This document shows, piece by piece, positions 57,488 through 64,000 of a stretch of DNA of 64,000 nucleotides (the stretch's first letter is position 1; every line of letters begins with the position of its first letter). The DNA is from an uncultured Nitrospiraceae bacterium (GTDB lineage: Bacteria; Nitrospirota; Nitrospiria; Nitrospirales; Nitrospiraceae). The notes under the pieces were generated by a model. The model was not told the DNA's origin. It saw nothing but the letters and a program-made list of their open reading frames with translations, and did not search any database. Position numbers and translations under genes: made by a program. The stretch is taken from contig CAVPLT010000004.1 of assembly GCA_963706325.1 (NCBI GenBank), positions 480,001-544,000 on the forward strand, in the 5' to 3' direction.

Positions 57488-59185
57488 ATGATAAAAATGT
57501 ATCGGTTCCTCCTGTTTCTCTTGCGGGGCGCCAGAAACATGATGGTGCTGATGGTGCTGACCGGGCTTCTGGCCGGTCTCTCCAGTGTGGGACTGCTCGC
57601 GGTCATCAACAAGCTGATCAATGGCGCCGGCTCGGCCTCGGACGTATTCGCGGTAGCGTTCATAGGGCTGGCCATACTGAAAGTGGTCTCAAACTACCTG
57701 TCCCAGTTGCTGCTCGTCACATTTGCGCAGGAAACCATTTTGAATCTGGGCATGGAGCTCTGCTGGAAAGTGGTGCGCGCCCCCTATCGCACATTGGAGA
57801 AACGCGGAGCGCATGAAATTCTAACGACACTGACGGATGACACGAATGCGATGGCCTGGGCGGTGAACGGCTTACCGGGCTTAGCTATTAATGTGGCTAT
57901 TCTGGCCGGGTGCTCGGTCTATCTCGCCTGGCTTTCCTGGCAGGCCTTTCTGGGCGTGATGATCTTAGCGGTGCTGGGGTTGCTGGGGTATCGCCATCTC
58001 TACAATCGAGTCCTGCAGTCGTCTCTCGCCGTGCGCGAGTCCAAAGGCGCGCTCTTCGAGCACTTTCGTAGCCTGACCGAGGGGATGAAGGAGCTGATGC
58101 TGCATCGAGGAAGGCGCGAAACCTTCGTCGCCACGGACATCAAGCATGCCGCCGAGTCGCTCCGTCATCACAACCTCGTGGCGACCAAGCAGTATCTCGC
58201 GACTGACTCATGGACGCAGGTGCTTTTCTACGGGTTGATCGGTGTGATTCTCCTTCTGTTTCCAAAAATTTTGGCGCTGTCAGGTGAGTCGTTAACCGGT
58301 TATGCATTCGCCATGCTGTACATGATCGGGCCCATGTGGGGCTTGCTGGGGATGGTGCCGGCATTGAGTCGAGGACAGGTGGCGCTGGAGAAGATCGAAG
58401 GGCTGGGGTTGGCGTTGGACGAGGGAAAGCGCGAGGGTGGCGCGGAGCGTCCGGTAGCCCAGGGTCCGCAATGCGTGGAGTTTTCCAACGCCAGTTTTTC
58501 CTATGAATCAAAGGGTGAGGGTGAGCGTTCGTTCACGCTCGGACCCTTGGATATGACCTTGGCAACCGGCGAGCTGGTCTTTATCATCGGCGGCAATGGC
58601 AGCGGCAAGTCGACATTTGTGAAGGTGCTTACGGGGCTCTATCTTCCACAGCAGGGAGCCGTGAAGCTCAACGGCGAAACCATTGCGCCTACGACCCAGG
58701 ATTGGTACCGGCAGCATTTTGCGGCGGTTTTTTCGGACTTTTATTTATTCAAGAAACTGTTGGGACTGGATCCTTCGCTGATCGCCAGCCAGGCCGACGG
58801 ATGGTTGAAGACCCTGCAAATCGAGCATAAGGTGAGCATCCAGGACGAGGAATATTCCACCATCAATCTGTCCCAGGGACAGCGCAAGCGGTTGGCGCTG
58901 GTCACGGCGATGCTTGAGGATCGGCCTTTTTATGTGTTCGATGAATGGGCCGCCGACCAGGATCCTCAATACAAGGACGTGTTTTACGGCGAGCTGCTTC
59001 CGGAACTGCAGGCCAGGGGAAAGGGTGTGATTGTCGTGACTCACGACGATCGGTATTTCCATGTGGGCGACCGCGTGTTAAAACTGGATGAAGGCAAGCT
59101 TGTGGATGCTTCCAACGGGATCATCCGGGGTGCCATGCACAGACCCGGCCCGATGCTCAAACCGGTTGCGCGCCCGTCGGCGTGA
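57488..59185 (+). CDS. Cyclic peptide export ABC transporter (PvdE/SyrD/YojI family)
   Basis: N-terminal TM domain; GMKEL.L, F.LGPLD, GGNGSGKST, LSQGQRKRLAL, FDEWAADQDP and THDD.YF. Confidence 0.95.
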   Translation: MIKMYRFLLFLLRGARNMMVLMVLTGLLAGLSSVGLLAVINKLINGAGSASDVFAVAFIGLAILKVVSNYLSQLLLVTFAQETILNLGMELCWKVVRAPYRTLEKRGAHEILTTLTDDTNAMAWAVNGLPGLAINVAILAGCSVYLAWLSWQAFLGVMILAVLGLLGYRHLYNRVLQSSLAVRESKGALFEHFRSLTEGMKELMLHRGRRETFVATDIKHAAESLRHHNLVATKQYLATDSWTQVLFYGLIGVILLLFPKILALSGESLTGYAFAMLYMIGPMWGLLGMVPALSRGQVALEKIEGLGLALDEGKREGGAERPVAQGPQCVEFSNASFSYESKGEGERSFTLGPLDMTLATGELVFIIGGNGSGKSTFVKVLTGLYLPQQGAVKLNGETIAPTTQDWYRQHFAAVFSDFYLFKKLLGLDPSLIASQADGWLKTLQIEHKVSIQDEEYSTINLSQGQRKRLALVTAMLEDRPFYVFDEWAADQDPQYKDVFYGELLPELQARGKGVIVVTHDDRYFHVGDRVLKLDEGKLVDASNGIIRGAMHRPGPMLKPVARPSA

Positions 59186-59225
59186 AGACATCTTCGTTCG
59201 TCATGCGTATTGTGTTGTAGCCGCT

Positions 59226-59993
59226 GTGCTGATTCCCTACACCACGTCAATCCCATCTTCAGATCTCTCTGGGCAGGCGCATGTCTGGTTCTGCGACCTG
59301 TCCCGACATGAGCCTGACCGTGCGGCCCTCGCGGCGCTGCTGTCGACGGAGGAGCAGACTCGCGCCGCTCGGTTCGTCTTCGAGCTGGATCGACAGCGGT
59401 TCCTGCTGTCACATGGGCTCCTGCGGCTGATTCTGGCCCGCTATGTAGGGGACGCGGCCGGGCAGCTTGAGTTTGAAACGGAAGCTCATGGCAAGCCGGT
59501 ATTACTCAGGCGGTCTCGTACCGGACAGCCGATTGAGTTCAGCCTATCCCACTCAGGCCAATATGCCCTGGTGGCGGTGGCGAATGGGCGAGCGGTCGGC
59601 GTGGATATAGAAGTCTGCCGCCCTGATGTGGAAGCGCTCCGGCTAGCCCAGCGATTCTTTGCTCCGGGCGAATCACAGCGGATTGCGCAAGCGCATGGGG
59701 AGGAGCAGCCGCGCATGTTCTATCGTTATTGGACCGGCAAGGAAGCCTATCTCAAAGGGCAAGGAGTGGGACTGTCTTTCGGGTTGGAACGGTTCGAATT
59801 GCTGTTCGATAATCAGGTGATGCAGGCGGAGGTACGTCTGACGGATTCGGGCCTTCTCGACGCTGATTGGTCGGTGCATACTCTACAACTGGGCGAGCAC
59901 CTCGCCGGGGCGATCGCGCTCGAAGGCGAAGGCTGGAAGATGCAATTGTTCGATGCGTCGACGTTAATTGTTACGCGTTCTCCCGCCGTATAG
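59226..59993 (+). CDS. Sfp-type 4'-phosphopantetheinyl transferase
   Basis: LS.EE..RA.RF, HGKP, FSLSHSG, VGVDIE and W..KEAYLK..G.GL. The start is uncertain; the ORF track gives 59088. Confidence 0.92.
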   Translation: MLIPYTTSIPSSDLSGQAHVWFCDLSRHEPDRAALAALLSTEEQTRAARFVFELDRQRFLLSHGLLRLILARYVGDAAGQLEFETEAHGKPVLLRRSRTGQPIEFSLSHSGQYALVAVANGRAVGVDIEVCRPDVEALRLAQRFFAPGESQRIAQAHGEEQPRMFYRYWTGKEAYLKGQGVGLSFGLERFELLFDNQVMQAEVRLTDSGLLDADWSVHTLQLGEHLAGAIALEGEGWKMQLFDASTLIVTRSPAV

Positions 59994-60459
59994 CATCCTT
60001 TCGGAGTTGCCGAAAAAACTCCTGCAAGAGTTGCTGACTGTCCTCGGCGCACAGTCCGGCGACGACCTCGACACGATGATTCAGGCGAGGCTCGAGCGGA
60101 ATGTTCATGATGGACCCGCAGGCGCCGGCCTTGGGATCGGTGGCTCCAAACACCAGTCGTGGAATTCGAGCCAGCACAACGGCGCCGATGCACATGGCGC
60201 AAGGTTCCAGCGTCACATAGAGGGTCGTGCCGGTTAGCCTCCAGCTTTTCGTCCGTCTCGCTCCTTCTTGAATCACCATCAGTTCCGCGTGAGCGGTCGG
60301 ATCCTGTTGGCCTTCCCGACGATTGTGGGCTTCCGCGATCACGAGGCCATCATGCACCAGCAGGGCGGCAATCGGCACTTCACCGGCCAGCGGCGCCGCA
60401 CGAGCCAGCGTCAAGGCCTGTTGCATGAAGCGATAGTCAAGATCGTCGGGAGGAGGCAT
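59971..60459 (-). CDS. tadA: tRNA adenosine(34) deaminase
   Basis: GEVPI.A, DPTAHAE, TLEPCAMC, DPKAGA.GS and LNH. Confidence 0.95.
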   Translation of the reverse strand: MPPPDDLDYRFMQQALTLARAAPLAGEVPIAALLVHDGLVIAEAHNRREGQQDPTAHAELMVIQEGARRTKSWRLTGTTLYVTLEPCAMCIGAVVLARIPRLVFGATDPKAGACGSIMNIPLEPRLNHRVEVVAGLCAEDSQQLLQEFFRQLRKDAIRRENA

Positions 60460-60582
60460 GTGTCGTCGGTTGGTTTCAGGACTGTCCGAAAGCGCCGGCT
60501 GTCAGCAGGAGCTGGGGCATGGTACCACGTGATGTCCGAGGAAAGGCAGGGGAGACCGCATCGGCCTGAGAATTCGCTGCGT

Positions 60583-61599
60583 TTAGATCTGTCCCACGAG
60601 GTAGATGGCGCCGGTGGGCTGCGCAAGGCCGCCATCTGGCTCCATCGTCACGGCGAACTTTTTCATCCGTGAGAACTCATGAAGATTCCTTATCATCATG
60701 CGGCCCTTCTGGCCGGTATCCAGCCCGAAGACCCCGGCGCTGACAGGTTTATCGTCGATCGCCCAGAGTTGGTAGACCTTGCCGTTGGGTAATGCCGGCA
60801 GGTTGAAGGCATAGAGCCAGGCCTTTTTGGTCGCCGGGTCGAACAGCAGGAATGCACCGGCGGACTTGGCCATATCGGATCCCGAAAGCGAGACGACTTT
60901 GGACGCAGGATTTCTGAGGAAACTGGCGGATTCTTCATTCTGGCGTGCCAGCCGTTGCAGTGAGCTCTCGCGCTGGGTCAGCTGCGTGCGTACATCCTCC
61001 AATTCAGCCTCGCGCTGGATCATCTGATCGCGCAGTTCGGAGAATTCAGCGGCGCGATGGTCCAGCTCCGACTTGAGACTGTCCACAGCCTGGTCTCGCT
61101 GCTGCAGATCGGACTGCAGGGTCGTCGCGCGTGCGGTCGCCTGCTGCACCGCGGCTTGCAACTGTTGAATCTCACCTGAGCGCGCAGTCGATTGGGTATA
61201 GGACTGCCAGGCAAGATAGCTGCTTCCAGCCACGAGTGCGCATGCGGCGAAGCCCACCGCGAGTTGGAACGGCAAGGAGCGAGCGGGCGCAATCGGGGGA
61301 AACAGATGGTTCATCCATTCACCTGGTTCCAGACTTGACCGGACAGCGGGCTCGCCCAATTCGAGCGCGCCGGCCAGAGGGGCCGGAGCCGACAGGATGT
61401 TCGTCTTGAGGGTATTGGGCGGCGTGGCCGGAGTGAGACCGAACGGCAGCCGCGATGCTACGGTCTGAAAATCTTTCAAGGCGGCATGGCAGGCCGCGCA
61501 TCCGGACAGCAGATGGGCTTCGATAGCCTGCCGCTCCGAGCGTTCCAGGGCGCCGATTGCGTAAAGAGGGATTGCTTCTTCCAATTCCTCGTGCGTCAT
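60583..61599 (-). CDS. RskA-type anti-sigma factor (zinc-binding N-terminus, TM, coiled coil, RskA C-domain)
   Basis: HLLSGCAAC, a TM helix, heptad repeats, YQLW and FAVT.EP.GG...PTG; ATGA overlap with the sigma gene. Confidence 0.9.
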   Translation of the reverse strand: MTHEELEEAIPLYAIGALERSERQAIEAHLLSGCAACHAALKDFQTVASRLPFGLTPATPPNTLKTNILSAPAPLAGALELGEPAVRSSLEPGEWMNHLFPPIAPARSLPFQLAVGFAACALVAGSSYLAWQSYTQSTARSGEIQQLQAAVQQATARATTLQSDLQQRDQAVDSLKSELDHRAAEFSELRDQMIQREAELEDVRTQLTQRESSLQRLARQNEESASFLRNPASKVVSLSGSDMAKSAGAFLLFDPATKKAWLYAFNLPALPNGKVYQLWAIDDKPVSAGVFGLDTGQKGRMMIRNLHEFSRMKKFAVTMEPDGGLAQPTGAIYLVGQI

Positions 61600-62201
61600 A
61601 ACCCTTCACCCTGCGGCAGCGTTTGTTGCAACGAGGCGCGAAGTTTGGTCATCGCCAGTTTGATACGGGTCTTCACCGTACCTAACGGTTGATTCAACTT
61701 GGCGGCGATTTCCGTATGGGTCAACCCTTGGTAGAAGGCCATTTCGATGGCCTGCTGCTGCGGCAGGGGCAGGTCGAGAATCGCTTTGGCCATCATCTGC
61801 CGCAATTCCGTGTCTTCCTGCGCCTCATAGGGATTAGGGCTGACATCGGGTGTGTGCGAGACCAACGGATGCTCAAGGGAATCGGTCGACGCATGTTGCC
61901 CCCGCGAAGCGCGCGACCGGAGCCGGTCGATCGCGCGGCTCCGCGTCAAGGTCACCAGCCAGGCAATCGGACTCCCTCGGCCCACGTCGTACTTGGCAAT
62001 CTTTCGCCAGACTTCCAGATAGACTTCTTGCAGCAATTCTGCCGCCTCTTCGCGGTCGCTCAGGATTCGGTAGGCGAGCGTGAAGAGCAACGTGCTGGAT
62101 TGATCGTACAGCTGGCCGAATGCCTGCGGATCCCCCTTGGCCACGCGGGTCAAGAGTTTGGGTTCGATGCTCGATGCGGCTTGTCGGGAGGCGGATTCCA
62201 T
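61596..62201 (-). CDS. ECF RNA polymerase sigma factor (SigK-like)
   Basis: GD..AF..LYD, LQEVY..VW, WL....RSRAIDRLR and EIA..L..PLGTVKTRI. Confidence 0.95.
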   Translation of the reverse strand: MESASRQAASSIEPKLLTRVAKGDPQAFGQLYDQSSTLLFTLAYRILSDREEAAELLQEVYLEVWRKIAKYDVGRGSPIAWLVTLTRSRAIDRLRSRASRGQHASTDSLEHPLVSHTPDVSPNPYEAQEDTELRQMMAKAILDLPLPQQQAIEMAFYQGLTHTEIAAKLNQPLGTVKTRIKLAMTKLRASLQQTLPQGEGL

Positions 62202-62348
62202 GCAGTCGGCCTAGGCGCGGGGCACTCCTCTGGGTCTCGGCACGCCACACTATAGCACTCTACGAAGAAACGACCAATTGGATTGCGATTACGTTCTCAT
62301 GATCACGGAGGAGAGCAAGGCTAGACGGGTGAGCGGTCATTCGACGGA

Positions 62349-63431
62349 TCAGAAGTATCGGTTCAAAACCTGCGCGGCGTCCGCAGCGCCTGAGAGCGAT
62401 GGAGGAGGCGCCTGTGGGACGGGTTGACCGAAGGCCTGCCGTATGGCCTGTTCCCAACGTCCATCGAGAAAATCGGACAGCGAGAGTTCCGCGCCTCGGC
62501 CATAATGGTGGAGGTGATCGACTAGTGGTGGCTCATCCGCAAAGTTATACCGGCGCACATAGACCACGGCGGTGCCCAGCGCCACCGCCTCGACGATCGT
62601 TCCATATCCCGGCTTAGTCAGCACCATGTCTACGGAGGCCAACACTTCTCTGAACGGTAGCCCTACGGTGGCGAGTGACACCACGCGGCTGAAACCTGGC
62701 GGCACATGACCGTCGACGAGAAACCGGTAGGGATGCATCTGTTCCATGGCTTCGAACGGGAATCCGTGCAAGGCAATCCCGCCGAAACCGGCGAGAATGA
62801 TTCGATCCAACGGCGCCGCGCCGATGGCCGCGCGGAGTCGGGTGGTCTGTGGGGCGGCAGGCTCCGCGATCGGGCCGATATCAAGTACGTTCCGAAAGGC
62901 CGTCACGATCAGAGCGGGGGCCACGCGCAAAAAGCAGTCGGCCTGCGCATAGGCCTCACGGATCTCTCGAATGATCTCAGCCTGCTCGCCGACGGAGGAA
63001 TCAGCAAGAGGTTCCAGCACCAGATCCCAGGAGAGGGAGGACAGACCGATGGTGGGAATGCCAGCGGCGGCGCCGGCGGCCACGCCCAGGTGGGAGATAT
63101 CGGAGAGCACGCAATTGGGAGCGGCGGCACGGATGAGCGCGGCCTCAGCTTCGACCTTGTGTTTCCAGTCGGCATGCAACGTGCGATGGGCGGCCCAGGT
63201 GCCGGCGACGTCGATCTTCAGGGGGCCATCTTGGATGCAGCCCACATCCTGCTGTGCGGGGCTGACCTGCCAGGGAATGGTCAGGCGGGATTCGAAGAAG
63301 CCAGCTGGAACGGTCGTTCGCAGGACGGCGCTGAAGTTGGGCATCAGCCGTCCCAGCGCATTCAGCACCGGCGCCACTTGCGCGGCATGACCGTAGCCAT
63401 GACCGGAGATGGAACACCAGATCAGCGGCAT
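62349..63431 (-). CDS. GT-B fold glycosyltransferase-like protein (resembles the arabinokinase N-terminal domain family)
   Basis: ISGHGYGHA, DVG..Q.G, SDI, FGG and TKPGYGT..EA. Confidence 0.75.
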   Translation of the reverse strand: MPLIWCSISGHGYGHAAQVAPVLNALGRLMPNFSAVLRTTVPAGFFESRLTIPWQVSPAQQDVGCIQDGPLKIDVAGTWAAHRTLHADWKHKVEAEAALIRAAAPNCVLSDISHLGVAAGAAAGIPTIGLSSLSWDLVLEPLADSSVGEQAEIIREIREAYAQADCFLRVAPALIVTAFRNVLDIGPIAEPAAPQTTRLRAAIGAAPLDRIILAGFGGIALHGFPFEAMEQMHPYRFLVDGHVPPGFSRVVSLATVGLPFREVLASVDMVLTKPGYGTIVEAVALGTAVVYVRRYNFADEPPLVDHLHHYGRGAELSLSDFLDGRWEQAIRQAFGQPVPQAPPPSLSGAADAAQVLNRYF

Positions 63432-63435
63432 GGAT

Positions 63436-63558
63436 GGGGGCTGCAAAAGCCCCACAACATCGTTCTCGGCTTGGAATCATTCTCGCCGTACTTCCGAGTG
63501 AACGTCTCCGGGTCTTCGTCGCCCGCGGCCTCGTTGGATGGCCTTTTTGAGCACCCTG
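63436..63558. repeat. Degenerate copy of the ~120 bp inverted-repeat element
   Basis: GCTGCAAAAGCCC..CA.CATCGTTCTCG ... GCGGCCTCGTTGGATGGCCTTTTTGAGCACCCTG, collinear with the 39450 copy. Confidence 0.75.
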
Positions 63559-63589
63559 AAAGGGCTGTTCGGAAAAATCCCATCCCTGC

Positions 63590-63793
63590 TTAGCTATTCG
63601 ACGACACGTCGGATTCCAATGGGGCAATGTTGTATTGCAGTTCCAGGTCGAATTCATCGATCAACTCGTTGACCGCTTCGTAGCCCATATCCGAGCGGAC
63701 CTCGTTGATCACGAGTTCAATGGCCATGGCTGCGTGCTGCCCGTATTGGCTCATAGCGGATTCGATCCGCTGTCTGGCTGTATCAAGATTCAT
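63590..63793 (-). CDS. Small acidic hypothetical protein (67 aa)
   Basis: RBS CAGGAGG before the ATG; helical composition. Confidence 0.75.
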   Translation of the reverse strand: MNLDTARQRIESAMSQYGQHAAMAIELVINEVRSDMGYEAVNELIDEFDLELQYNIAPLESDVSSNS

Positions 63794-63810
63794 AGGACCT
63801 CCTGAACGAC

Positions 63811-63999
63811 TTATCCAAGCGTGCGTAACAGTTGTTGTAATTCCGGGACGAGATCGACTCCGCCGTTGGAGCGGCCGGAGACGGCGGCATCGATGCCGGC
63901 TTGCAACACCGGCTTGGCGGCGTCCTTCTTGCCAAGTGAAACCAATGCGCGCCCAAGCGCGAGATGCGAGGCCACGTGCGTCGGATCGAGCTGAGTGGC
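63811..63999 (-). CDS. C-terminal end of a TPR-like protein (5'-truncated by the window edge)
   Basis: Minus-strand translation ATQLDPTHVASHLALGRALVSLGKKDAAKPVLQAGI...LLRTLG* has a TPR pattern. Confidence 0.75.
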   Translation of the reverse strand, partial: ATQLDPTHVASHLALGRALVSLGKKDAAKPVLQAGIDAAVSGRSNGGVDLVPELQQLLRTLG

Positions 64000-64000
64000 C

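Noticed and set aside
47906..59185. Pyoverdine or siderophore cluster, suggested by the FAAL start and PvdE-like exporter
   Set aside because: There are only two modules and no ornithine hydroxylase, formyltransferase or TonB receptor nearby, and I saw no evident Fur box.
62251..62280. TAGCACTC half-site upstream of the ECF sigma gene (possible CIRCE)
   Set aside because: The second arm GAGTGCTAA is absent at the 9 nt spacing.

Overview
A 64 kb GC-rich bacterial chromosomal segment, most likely from a Nitrospira-like organism. This is inferred from gene content, a ChdC with Leu at the distal position and a ~120 bp inverted-repeat element; it was not verified by search. Most of the window is housekeeping: cinA-thpR, recA-recX-alaS-ruvX-mltG-deoC-deoB-ridA, valS-nadC-birA-coaX, grpE-dnaK-dnaJ-rsmE, cobB, panE, tadA, tRNA-Ser(CGA) and an ECF sigma/anti-sigma pair. 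A signalling cluster (multi-PAS kinase, NarL-type regulator, pseudo-receiver, degenerate sigma54-type activator) lies near the start. The most notable locus is a compact three-gene lipopeptide cluster at 47.9-60.0 kb: a 3147-codon FAAL-ACP-C-A-T-C-A-T-TE NRPS, a PvdE/SyrD-type exporter and an Sfp-type PPTase. The predicted product is fatty acyl-(basic amino acid)-Gly, and the thioesterase is atypical (Cys nucleophile, canonical His missing). Other oddities include a RomR-like polarity protein beside valS, a secreted five-IPT/TIG protein with three DG[S/T]CC motifs paired with an Asp-box propeller, a PanE fused to a molybdopterin-oxidoreductase-like domain, a Cas4-like/DEDD double nuclease (DUF2779-like), several apparently degenerate enzymes, small unannotated proteins and four copies of a MITE-like repeat. 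All calls come from motif recognition by eye; no database searches were run.
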